NCBI GenBank assembly: GCA_963789855.1
Contig: CAWBMM010000002.1
Span: 324,353 to 388,352 of the forward strand
Direction of reading: 5' to 3'
Origin: an uncultured Actinomycetota bacterium
Lineage (GTDB): Bacteria; Actinomycetota; Actinomycetes; JACCUZ01
Length of the DNA stretch: 64,000 nucleotides
Made by a program: the position numbers and the translations under genes. The notes under the pieces are model-generated. The model made no database searches. It worked only from the letters and a program-made list of their open reading frames with translations, and was not told where the DNA came from. Positions 17,087 to 35,596 of the stretch are shown here, piece after piece; position 1 is the stretch's first letter; each line of letters opens with the position of its first letter.

Positions 17087-19574
17087 TGGGCACCTCCCGC
17101 GGTGGTCTCGGTGCTGGCCCCGCCGTAGGCGACGGTGCCCTCCGCGGCACGGTCACCGCCGTCCGAGCCGGCGTCCTGGATGGCCCGCCAGACGCGTTCG
17201 GGGGTCATCGCCATCCGGATGTCCTGGACGCCGAACTGCCGGACCGCGTCGATGACCGCGTTGGCCACCGCCGGTGTCGAGGCGATGGTGCCGGCCTCGC
17301 CGACGCCCTTGACGCCGAGGGGGTTGGTGGTCGACGGGGTCACGGTGCGGTCGGTGTCGAAGGACGGCAGGTCGGCGGCGCGACGGCACCAGGTAGTCGA
17401 CGAGGCTTCCGGTCACCAGGTTGCCCTCACCGTCGTAGACGGCCTCCTCGTAGAGCGCCTGCGCGATGCCCTGGGCGAGGCCGCCGTGGACCTGTCCCTC
17501 GACGATCATCGGGTTGACGACGTTGCCGATGTCGTCGACGCAGACGTACTTGCGGATCTTCGTCATGCCGGTCTCGGTGTCGACCTCGACGGCGCACAGG
17601 TGGGTGCCGTGCGGGTAGCGAGAAGGTCTGCGGGTCGACGGTGGAGACGCCCTGCAGCGTGGGCTCGACGCCGTCGGGCAGGTCGTGCGAGCTGAACGCC
17701 GCGAACGCGACCTCCTGGATCGTCTTGGTGGCACCCGGCGAGCCCTTGACGCCGGAAGGTCCCGTCGCGGAACTCGAGGTCGGCCGGCGTCCGCCTCGAG
17801 CAGGTGCGCCGCGATGCACCTTGGCCTTCTCCACGACCCGCTCGGCGGCCGCGACGCACGGCCATGCCGCCCACGGCGAGCGAGCGCGAGCCGTAGGTGT
17901 CCATGCCGCTACGGCGCGAGGTCAGGGTGTCGCCGTGGATCACCTCGATGTCGTCGACGGGTCGATGCCGAGCGGGTCGGCGGCGATCTGGCTCGCACGC
18001 CGTGACGTGTCCCTGGCCGTGCGGCGAGGTGCCGGTGACGACCTCGACCTTGCCGGTCGGGAGCACCCGGACGGTGGCGTGCTCCCAGCCGCCGGCGACG
18101 TACTTCAGCGCGGACAGGATCCGGGACGGCGCCAGGCCGCACATCTCGGTGAACGTCGAGATGCCGATGCCGAGCTGCACCGGGTCGTCGGGCGTCGCGG
18201 CGTCGCTTCTGCTCGGCCCGCAGCCCGTCGTAGTCGAACATCTCCGACGGCCTGGTCGGTCGCCGCCTCGTAGTTGCCGCTGTCGTAGGTCGAGCCCGCG
18301 AGATCGTGTGTGTAAGGGAACTCGTCGTGCTCGATCCAGTTCTTCCTGCGCAGCTCGATCGGGTCCATGCCCGAGGTCGGCGGCCAGGTCATCCATCAGC
18401 CGCTCGACCGCGTAGGTCGCCTCCGGCCGGCCGGCGCCACGGTAGGCGTCCGTGGGCGTCGTGGTCGTGAAGACGCCGGTGCAGGTGAAGTCGTAGTGCC
18501 TCCATCTTGTAGATGGAGTGGTACATCCAGGCGACCGAGCATCGGGATGCCCGGCGAGATGATCATGCATGTAGGCGCCCATGTTGGCGAGCAGGTCGAC
18601 CCGCATGCCCAGGATCGTCCCGTCGTTCTTGATCGCGACCTCGATCTCCTGCAGCTGGTCGCGGCCATGGTGGGTCGCCTGCGCGTTCTCGCTGCGCGTC
18701 TCGATCCACTTGACCGGCCGGCCCGAGCCGCTAGTGCCACGACCGCCGCGATCGTCTCCTCGCGGTAGACTGCAGCTTCGAGCCGAAGCCGCCGCCGACG
18801 TCGGGCGCGATCACCCGCAGCTTCTGCTCGGGGATGCCGGCACGTCAGGGCGAGCAGGACCCGAACGAAGTGCGGGATCTGGGTGGCGACCAGAGCGTGA
18901 GCTCGCCGTCGGCGCCGGTCGGCGTCGCCGACGACCGCCCGCGGCTCCATCGCCATCGGGATCAGCCGCTGGTTGACGTAGCGCCGGGTGAGGACGCCGT
19001 CGGCCTTGGCCTTCGACAGCCTCGTAGTCACCGCCGTTGGCTTCGCAAGGTGTAAGCAGGTGTTGGTGCCGAGCGTCGGCGTGCACGAGTCGGCGACCCG
19101 TCGGCCATCGCGCGCTCCATGTCGAGCACGCCGGCAGCGGCTCGTAGTCGACCTCGACGGCTTCCAGGGCGTCGGCCGCCGGGCGTGGCGGTCGGACGCG
19201 ACCACGACGGCGACGGCGTCGCCGACGTAGCGGACCTCGTCGCGTGGCGAGCGCCGGGAGGTGCGGCGGCGTCTTGATGTCCGTCGGTGACGGCCACACG
19301 CCGTCGGCAGCCCGCCCATGCTCGTCGCCGAGCTCGTCGGCCGAGAACGCAGCGACGACGCCCGGGCGGGTCAGCGCCGCGACGACGTCGATGCGGGTGA
19401 TCGCGGGCGTGCGCCATCGGCTGCGCAGCAGCGCCATGTGCAGCGTGCCGGGCAGCGTGACGTTGTCGGTCCAGCTGGTGCGTGCCGGTGACCAGCCGGG
19501 CGTCCTCCTTGCGCGGCATCGGCTGGCCGACCGACTTCGCCGTGCGGCGACGGCTCGGCCTCGGTGGCGGTCAT
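17083..19574 (-). pseudogene. coxL: Form-II CoxL-like molybdopterin large subunit, shattered by many frameshifts in this sequence
   Basis: Recognisable CoxL peptides are scattered over all three minus frames. Examples: [12 protein letters not shown]; DEVRYVGDAVAVVVA; AYRGAGRPEATYAVERLMD; GGWEHATVRVLPTGKVEVVTGTSPHGQGH; HLCAVEVDTETG…VNPMIVEGQVHGGLAQG; NPLGVKGVGEAGTIASTPAVANAV. The start ATG at 19574 overlaps the coxS stop (ATGA). The length is not a multiple of 3. Confidence 0.85.
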
Positions 19575-20038
19575 CGGGCACCGCCGGCTGCCGCTGCGTG
19601 CTGCACGGCCTTGACGATGTTCTGGTAGCCGGTGCACCGGCAGAGGTTGCCCTCGAGGCCGTCGCGGATCTCCTCCTCGGAGGGGTTCGGGTTCTCCTTG
19701 AGCAGGTCGACCGAGGCCATGATCATGCCCGGCGTGCAGTAGCCGCACTGCAGCCCGTGGCACTCCTTGAAGGACTTCTGCACCTGGTGCCACTCACCGT
19801 TGGCGAGCCCTTCGATGGTGACGATGTCGGCGCCGTCGGCCTGCACTGCCAGCACGCTGCAGCTCTTCACCGTCTGGCCGTCGAGCTGCACGGTGCACGA
19901 GCCGCAGTTGCTCGTGTCGCAGCCGACCGGCGTACCGACCTTGCCGACCCGCTCGCGCAGGTAGTGCACGAGGAGCAGCCGTGGCTCGACGTCGTCCTCG
20001 CGTCGCTCGCCGTCGACGGTTACCTGGATCATGACCAT
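19571..20038 (-). CDS. coxS: [2Fe-2S]-binding small subunit of CO dehydrogenase/xanthine dehydrogenase family
   Basis: [10 protein letters not shown]…[12 protein letters not shown]…CGYCTPGM…CRCTGY. Both Fe-S cluster cysteine motifs are present. The start was taken at 20038. Confidence 0.9.
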   Translation of the reverse strand: MVMIQVTVDGERREDDVEPRLLLVHYLRERVGKVGTPVGCDTSNCGSCTVQLDGQTVKSCSVLAVQADGADIVTIEGLANGEWHQVQKSFKECHGLQCGYCTPGMIMASVDLLKENPNPSEEEIRDGLEGNLCRCTGYQNIVKAVQHAAAAGGAR

Positions 20039-20157
20039 GCCTAAGACACTCCTCACTCGCCATTGAGCAGGGTGGATCAGCCGATGTTGCGCAGCCAACC
20101 ACGGCAGCGGCGTCTGCGGAAGGGGTGGTCCGCGCCGGTCCGTGCCAAGGTGTAGCG

Positions 20158-21322
20158 GTGCGCACCGAGCAGCTCGCCGGCCGGTTGGCCGGCCTCGGCA
20201 CGACGGTTTTCGCCGAGATGTCGGCCCTGGCGCTGGAGACGGGTGCGGTCAACCTCGGCCAGGGCTTCCCCGACACCGACGGCCCGATCGAGGTGGCCGA
20301 CGCGGCGGTCGCGGCGATCCGGGCCGGGCGTGAACCAGTACCCGCCCGGGCCGGGTCAGCCCGACCTGCGGCTCGCGATCGCCGAGCACCAGAAACGGTT
20401 CTACGGCCTCGACCTGGACCCCGCCACCGAGGTCGTGGTCACCACCGGCGCGACCGAGGCAGTGGCTGCAGCGCTGCTCGGACTCGTCGACCCGGGCGAG
20501 GAGGTGGTGGCGCTCGAGCCGTTCTACGACTCCTACAGCGCATGCATCCAGCTGGCCGGCGCCGTCCGGGTGCCGGTGACGCTGCGGGCGCCGGACTTCC
20601 GGCTCGACCTCGACCGGTTGCGCGCCGCGGTGACCGACCGCACCCGGCTCATCCTGCTCAACACCCCGCACAACCCGACCGGGACGGTGCTCACCGGCAC
20701 GGAGCTGGCCGCGGTGGCCGACCTCGCCGTCGAGCGCGACCTGCTCGTCGTCACCGACGAGGTCTACGAGCACATGGCGTACGACGGCGAGCACCGCCCG
20801 ATCGCCACGCTGCCCGGCATGCGCGACCGCACCCTGTCGATCAGCTCGGGCGGCAAGACGTTCTCGTTCACCGGCTGGAAGATCGGCTGGGCCACCGGAC
20901 CGGCGCCGCTGGTGCGCGCCGTGCTGATGGCCAAGCAGTTCCTCACCTTTGTCTCCGGTGCCCCGTTCCAGCCGGCGATCGCCGCCGGCCTGCGGCTGCC
21001 GGACTCCTACTTCGACGAGCTGCGCGACGCCCTGCGCGGGAAGCGCGACCGGCTGTGCGCGGGGTTGGCCGCGGCCGGCTTCGAGGTGTTCGTGCCGCAG
21101 GGCACCTACTTCGTCACCGCCGACGTCCGGCCGCTGGGGTGGGACGACGGCGTGGCGTTCTGCCGCGACCTGCCGCACCGGGCCGGCGTGGTGGCGATCC
21201 CGCACCAGGTGTTCTACGACGACGTCGAGGCCGGCCGGCCGCTGGTCCGGTTCGCCTTCTGCAAGCGCGACGAGGTGCTCGACGAGGCGCTCGGCCGGCT
21301 GCAGGCCCTCCGTCCGCGCTGA
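20158..21322 (+). pseudogene. Class I/II PLP-dependent aminotransferase, one frameshift near the 5' end
   Basis: The N-terminus ([25 protein letters not shown]…AVAAIRAG) is in the 20125 frame. The remainder (VNQYPPGPGQPDLR…SSGGKTFSFTGWKIGWA…) is in the 20243 frame. The switch is at 20321-20331 (gggccgggcg). Confidence 0.8.
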
Positions 21323-21343
21323 GCGCGCTCCGCCGGTCGGCGG

Positions 21344-22051
21344 TCAGGACGCGAGGCCGGCCTGCTGCGTCATCCGCTGCTGAGCGCGGCGCAGGCCCTC
21401 GGCGAAGAACGACGTGTCGAACCAGGACGGGAACGCCCGCGCCAGTCGGCTGGGGCCGAGGAAGGTCGCGTCGCCGGCCGCCACCAGCTCGCGGAAGGGC
21501 TGACGCCCGATCAGCCAGCGGTGCATCGACCGGGTGTCGGCGCGCAGCGCCAGGTCGACGTCGTACCCGGGATCGGTCGTGCAGACCGTGACGCCGCCGC
21601 GGTCGATGGCCAGCCAGCCCTGGGTGCCTCCGCGCCCGGTGAGCACGACGTGGACGCAGGTGCGGTCGGCCGGCAGCTTCGCGGCAACCGCGTGCTGGTG
21701 CATCCGCCAGAGCAGCGACTCGCCGTCCAGCTCGTCGTCGACGGGGTCGCCGAACATCCACTCCGCCGCCCAGTGCCCCAGCGCCCAGACGATGGGGGTC
21801 AGCCCCTCACCCGCGGGCGTCAGCGTGTAGCGCACCGCGCGGCCCTCGGCGCGCCGGTCCACCAGGCCCTGCCGCTCGAGCTGGCGCAGTCGCTGGGAGA
21901 GCAGGGTGCGGCTCATCCTCGGCACCCCACGGTGGATCTCGTTGAACCCGGTGCTGCCCACCATCAGCTCCCGGATGACCAACGGGGTCCACCGGTCCCC
22001 GAGCACCTCGACACCGGACGCGATGGGGCAGTAGTCGCCGTATCCGCTCAC
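21344..22051 (-). CDS. HxlR-family transcriptional regulator with C-terminal extension domain
   Basis: CPIASGVEVLGDRWTPLVIRELMVGSTGFNEIHRGVPRMSRTLLSQRLRQLERQGLV is a classic HxlR winged helix. The GTG start at 22051 is assumed. Confidence 0.75.
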   Translation of the reverse strand: MSGYGDYCPIASGVEVLGDRWTPLVIRELMVGSTGFNEIHRGVPRMSRTLLSQRLRQLERQGLVDRRAEGRAVRYTLTPAGEGLTPIVWALGHWAAEWMFGDPVDDELDGESLLWRMHQHAVAAKLPADRTCVHVVLTGRGGTQGWLAIDRGGVTVCTTDPGYDVDLALRADTRSMHRWLIGRQPFRELVAAGDATFLGPSRLARAFPSWFDTSFFAEGLRRAQQRMTQQAGLAS

Positions 22052-22263
22052 CGGCCCATGGTGCGACCAACTCGACCCGCCGGGTAGTCCAGATCCAGTA
22101 CCTGTTCCGGCTGCCGGCCCCTGGTCTGTTCCCGGTTCGTCGCCTTCTGCTCCGGTTTGCCGCCGGTACGACCTTCGCACTCGTCGGACGGCGCCGCGGG
22201 CCGCACCGTCGATGGGTGCGCGGCCGCGGACTCGCCCGGCCGCCCGAGCCCGCGGAGGACCGC

Positions 22264-23088
22264 ATGTCCGTCACCTCGACCCGACCCGATCTCGCCCTCG
22301 TCAAGTCGCGCCAGCAGAAGACCTGGGCCAGCGGCAACTTCGCGATGGTCGGCACCAAGATCCAGATCGTCAGCGAGGTGCTCGTCGACGCGGTCGACGT
22401 GCGGGCCGGCTGGCGGGTGCTCGACGTCGCCTGCGGCCACGGCAACGCCGCCATCGCCGCCGCCCGGGCCGGCGCTTCGGCGCTGGGCGTCGACTACGTG
22501 CCGGAGCTCATCGCCGACGGCCGGGTCCGGGTGGCCGCCGAGGGCGTCGACGTCGAGCTCGTCGAGGGCGACGCCGAGGACCTCCCGGTGGAGGACGCGT
22601 CCTTCGACGCAGCGGTGTCGGTCTACGGGACCATGTTCGCGCCGGACCACCAGCAGACCGCGAACGAGATGGTGCGTGCCACCCGGCCCGGCGGCACCCT
22701 CGGGCTGGCGTCCTGGACACCTGACGGCTTCATCGGCGAGATGTTCCGCACCATCGGCGCCCACGTGCCGCCGCCGCCCGGAGTCGCCTCGCCGCTGCTG
22801 TGGGGACGGGAGGACCACCTGCGCGACCTGTTCGGCGACGCGGTCGCGACGATGCGCTCGACGGAGGAGACCTTCACCTTCCGGTTCCGCTCGGCGGAGG
22901 AGTTCGTGACGTTCTTCCGCCGGTGGTACGGCCCGACGTACAAGGCGTTCGAGGCTCTCGACGACAGCGCCACCGAGGAGCTGCGGGCCGACCTGACGGC
23001 GCTGGCGGCCCGGTGGGACCGGCACGGCGACGGCGGGTCGGTCGCGATCCCGAGCAGCTACCTGCAGACGGTCATCGGGCTGCGCTGA
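22264..23088 (+). CDS. Class I SAM-dependent methyltransferase
   Basis: From the ATG at 22264 (MSVTSTRPDL…). SAM-binding motif VLDVACGHGNAA plus …VEGDAEDLP. Confidence 0.8.
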   Translation: MSVTSTRPDLALVKSRQQKTWASGNFAMVGTKIQIVSEVLVDAVDVRAGWRVLDVACGHGNAAIAAARAGASALGVDYVPELIADGRVRVAAEGVDVELVEGDAEDLPVEDASFDAAVSVYGTMFAPDHQQTANEMVRATRPGGTLGLASWTPDGFIGEMFRTIGAHVPPPPGVASPLLWGREDHLRDLFGDAVATMRSTEETFTFRFRSAEEFVTFFRRWYGPTYKAFEALDDSATEELRADLTALAARWDRHGDGGSVAIPSSYLQTVIGLR

Positions 23089-23099
23089 GGGCCGCCGGC

Positions 23100-23879
23100 T
23101 CAGCCGCTGCGGCTGCCGCGCCGGACGCGGGTCCGCCGGGCGAGGCTGCTCAGCACCCTGGTGGGCACGTGGCGGGCCAGCGCGACCGCGGTCTTGTACT
23201 GCATCCCGGGGACGCAGACGACGTGTCCGCGGTCCAGTGCCGAGAACGCGTCGGAGACCACGTCGTCGGCCTGCAGCCACATCCAGTCGGGGGTGCGTCG
23301 CATGTCGATGCCGGCGCGCTCGTGGAACTCGGTGTGGGTGAAGCCGGGGCACAGCGCGAGCACCTGCACGCCGGTGCCCGCGACGTCGCCCGCCAGCCCC
23401 TGGGTGAAGCTGGTGACCCACGCCTTCGCCGCGCTGTAGGTGCTCTGCGGCAGGAAGCCGGCCACCGACGAGACGTTGATGACCACGCCGTGCCGCCGCT
23501 CGAGCATGCCCGGCAGCGCGGCGCGGGTCAGGCGGAGGACGGCCCGCACCAGGACCCGCAGCATCCGCTCCTCGTCCTCGACGTCCCCGCTGACGAAGCG
23601 CGCCTTGACCGTGAAGCCGGCGTTGTTGACCAGCAGGTCGACCGGTCGGTCGGGATCGGAGAGCCGGGCCTCGACCGTGCGGCAGCCGGTGTCCTCGGCG
23701 AGGTCGGCGGCCAGCACCTCGACCTGCACGCCGTACGTCGTGCGCAGCTCGGCGGCCAGCACCTCGAGCCGCTCGGCGTCGCGGGAGACGAGGACGAGGT
23801 GGTATCGGTCGGCGGCGAGGCGGCGGACGAAGGCGTTGCCGATGCCGGCGGTGGCGCCGGTGACCAGTGCGGTGGACAT
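23100..23879 (-). CDS. Short-chain dehydrogenase/reductase (SDR)
   Basis: Intact 259-aa ORF with [11 protein letters not shown] (cofactor motif), NNAG and YSAAK (YxxxK). Confidence 0.85.
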   Translation of the reverse strand: MSTALVTGATAGIGNAFVRRLAADRYHLVLVSRDAERLEVLAAELRTTYGVQVEVLAADLAEDTGCRTVEARLSDPDRPVDLLVNNAGFTVKARFVSGDVEDEERMLRVLVRAVLRLTRAALPGMLERRHGVVINVSSVAGFLPQSTYSAAKAWVTSFTQGLAGDVAGTGVQVLALCPGFTHTEFHERAGIDMRRTPDWMWLQADDVVSDAFSALDRGHVVCVPGMQYKTAVALARHVPTRVLSSLARRTRVRRGSRSG

Positions 23880-24036
23880 GTCTCCACCCTGTCAGCCGGA
23901 GGGACCCGAACGCCTCCGGGGTCCGCAACCCCAGGCGCTGCCGCGTTCGCGACGTTTGCGGCCGACACGCCGCGCGTGTCGTGGCCGAACGTCGCGAACG
24001 ATCTTGCTCCGGCGGGTACGCCGGTCAGCCGGCCGG

Positions 24037-24110
24037 CTCAGGTACGGCGCGTGCTCCCGCCGCGTCCTCAGGTACGGCGCGTGGGCCCGACGCGTCCTCA
24101 GGTACGGCGC
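24037..24110. repeat. 30-nt tandem repeat (2.5 copies) spanning the stop codon of a small membrane-protein ORF
   Basis: ctcaggtacggcgcgtgctcccgccgcgtc (24037-24066), ctcaggtacggcgcgtgggcccgacgcgtc (24067-24096) and ctcaggtacggcgc (24097-24110). The ORF's stop codon (tca 24098-24100) is in the last copy. Confidence 0.9.
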
Positions 24111-24319
24111 TGGCGGCCGCGGAGCCCTCCGACGACCAGCACGACACCCACCAACGCGATCAGCGGCCCGAGGACCGCCCACGCGTTCTGGCCGCTCATC
24201 GCGCTGCCACCGAGGACGCCGAGTCCCTGCAGGCCGAACGTCACCCCGGCCAGGACGAGCACGACTCCGACGACGACGCTGAGCTGCTTCACGGTCCGCT
24301 CCGATCTCCGCCCAGCCAT
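24098..24319 (-). CDS. Small two-TM membrane protein (hypothetical)
   Basis: MAGRRSERTVKQLSVVVGVVLVLAGVTFGLQGLGVLGG…AVLGPLIALVGVVLVVGGLRGRQRRT. Two hydrophobic helices, GC3-rich. No family recognised. Confidence 0.4.
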   Translation of the reverse strand: MAGRRSERTVKQLSVVVGVVLVLAGVTFGLQGLGVLGGSAMSGQNAWAVLGPLIALVGVVLVVGGLRGRQRRT

Positions 24320-24470
24320 AGGCTGCACCACTCGATGGCACCGTCGCCACGCGTCAGTGCCGAGCACGGGCGACGACGCCGACGCGTTCAGCGCTCGACG
24401 GTGCCGCCTCGCCAGCCTTACGGACGCCTCGCCACGTGTGCACGCCTCGCGAAGTGTCCGGGCGCGTGCT

Positions 24471-27070
<2,600 letters not shown>

Positions 27071-27137
27071 CGTCGAACTCTCTTCTCGCCGATCTTGAGA
27101 CGGCGCACCGCAGTGGTCGCGGCCTGTCGTCTCATGA

Positions 27138-27525
27138 TCACCTTCTGGTGGGGTGGGTGGGGCGCCAGAGGGCCAGCGCGGTACGGCGGTCGCGCTCCCG
27201 GTAGGCGTCGAGCTCGGCCTCGAGCTCGCGGACCCGGGCCTGCAGCGCGGCCAGGTGGTTGGCCAGCTCCAGCACCTGCCGGACGCCCTGCAGGCCGAGA
27301 CCGAGGCCGGACAGCCGGACGACCTCGCGCAGCTGGGCGATGTCGCGCCGGGAGTAGCGCCGGCCGCCGCCCGGCGTGCGGCCCGGGGAGACCAGGCCGA
27401 GCCGGTCGTACTGCCGCAGCGTCTGCGCGTGCAGGCCGGTCAGCTGGGCGGCCACCGAGATGACGAACACCGGGGGGTGTCGTCGGCTGCTCCCAGGCAC
27501 CGTCGCGGCCGGCCGTGAACGGCAT
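27138..27525 (-). pseudogene. hspR: HspR (MerR-family heat-shock repressor), one frameshift near the 5' end
   Basis: …VFVISVAAQLTGLHAQTLRQYDRLGLVSPGRTPGGGRRYSRRDIAQLREVVRLS… is the HspR HTH. The first ~18 codons (MPFTAGRDGAWEQPTTPP) lie in another frame (switch ~27470). The position after dnaJ is canonical. Confidence 0.8.
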
Positions 27526-27526
27526 G

Positions 27527-28714
<1,188 letters not shown>

Positions 28715-28746
28715 CGGCGCCCTCCTTTCGGTCGTGCTCGTCGACG

Positions 28747-29411
28747 TCAGCGGTGGTTCACTCGCGGCTCGGCGACGGCGACCCGGGCCGGGCGCACGAC
28801 GCGGTCGCCGATGCGGTAGCCGGGCTGGAAGACCTCGACGCAGGTCGCCTCGGTGACGTCGGTCGGAGTACCTTGTGGGTCAGCGCCTCGTGCACCATCG
28901 GGTCGAACGGGTCGCCCGCCGTGCCGAACCGCTGCGAGGCCGAGCTTCGCGACGGTCTGCTCCAGCGCCTCGCCGACCGACTTGAACGCCGCCCTCGAGC
29001 TCGCCGTGGTCGCGGGCCCGGCCGATGTCGTCGAGCACCGGGAGCAGCTCGGTGAGCACGTTGGCGACCGCCGTGCTCGCGGACGACCTCGCGGTCGCGC
29101 TCGACCCGCGCGCCGGTAGTTGGCGTACTCGGCCTGCAGCCGCTGCAGGTCGGCGGTGCGCTCGGCGATCTGCCGGGTCAGCTCGGCGGCGACGTCGTCG
29201 GCGAGCTCGTCCATCGTGGCGTCGGGCTCGGCCGGAACGCCGTCGGCCGAGCCGGCACCCGCCCCCGCCGCCGGGGCCGCCGGGGCGGGCGCGGCGGCCT
29301 GCTCCCGGACGGCTCCGGTCTCCGGGTCGATCCGGCGCCGGTCGTGCACGACGGGTCCCTGGTGCTCGCGCTCCTGCTCCTCGTCACCCTCGGGTCGGTG
29401 GCCGGATTCGC

Positions 29412-29415
<4 letters not shown>
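28747..29415 (-). pseudogene. grpE: GrpE nucleotide-exchange factor, several frame switches
   Basis: …AELTRQIAERTADLQRLQAEYANYRR…, FKSVGEALEQTVAKLGL and DVTEATCVEVFQPGYRIGDRVVRPARVAV are in one frame. Intervening segments are out of frame. The GTG start at 29415 overlaps the dnaK stop. Confidence 0.8.
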
Positions 29416-35031
<5,616 letters not shown>

Positions 35032-35040
35032 GGGCGGAGC

Positions 35041-35328
35041 ATGGCGGCGAACTCATCGATGGGGTGGCGGCTGATGGGCGGCCTGGCGGCGATCCTGGCC
35101 GGCCTCGCCGCCCGCAAGGTCCTGGTCACGAGCTGGCGAGTCACCACCGGCGCCAACCCGCCGGCCAACCCGGCCCAGCCGGGCACCCGGTGGCGGGAGG
35201 CGATCCCGTTCGCCCTCGCCAGCGGAGCCGCGATGGGCCTGGCGCGGATGCTGGCGACCCGGAAGGCGGCCGGCTACTACCAGAAGTCGACGGGTCATCT
35301 GCCGCCCGGGATGGAAGAGGTCACCTAG
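35041..35328 (+). CDS. DUF4235-like small membrane-associated protein
   Basis: 95-aa ORF: [25 protein letters not shown]…[30 protein letters not shown]. Family call is from memory. Confidence 0.6.
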   Translation: MAANSSMGWRLMGGLAAILAGLAARKVLVTSWRVTTGANPPANPAQPGTRWREAIPFALASGAAMGLARMLATRKAAGYYQKSTGHLPPGMEEVT

Positions 35329-35362
35329 ACCGCAGGCCGCCGGCTCGTCGTACTCTCGTGGA

Positions 35363-35503
35363 GTGCTGCCCGCCCTGCGTGACGCCCGCGGCAAGCCCGC
35401 AGGCCCGCTGCGCGCGCTCGCGGTGCTCGTCGTGGTGGGGATGCTGGTGCTGGCCGCGCCGGTGCTGGTGCCGTTGATGACCTGGGCCGCCGGCCTGTTC
35501 TGA
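35363..35503 (+). CDS. Possible 46-aa hydrophobic peptide (not in the ORF track)
   Basis: GTG-start [49 protein letters not shown]. Third codon positions are strongly G/C-rich. No homology evidence. Confidence 0.25.
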   Translation: MLPALRDARGKPAGPLRALAVLVVVGMLVLAAPVLVPLMTWAAGLF

Positions 35504-35596
35504 GCCGGCCCGCCGGCCGACGGACGGCGCTAAGTTACCGGTGGGTAGCATTGGCTCACCCCTACGCTGACCCGGCATCCGAGCACTGGAGGATCC

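Noticed and set aside
24037-24110. Possible CRISPR array (regular 30-nt periodicity).
   Set aside because: The units are directly adjacent with no unique spacers, there are only 2.5 copies, and no cas genes are nearby. It is a simple tandem duplication.
27090-27137. HAIR operator upstream of clpB.
   Set aside because: Only the right half (TCTCAAG) resembles the consensus. The expected left half, 7 nt away, does not match.
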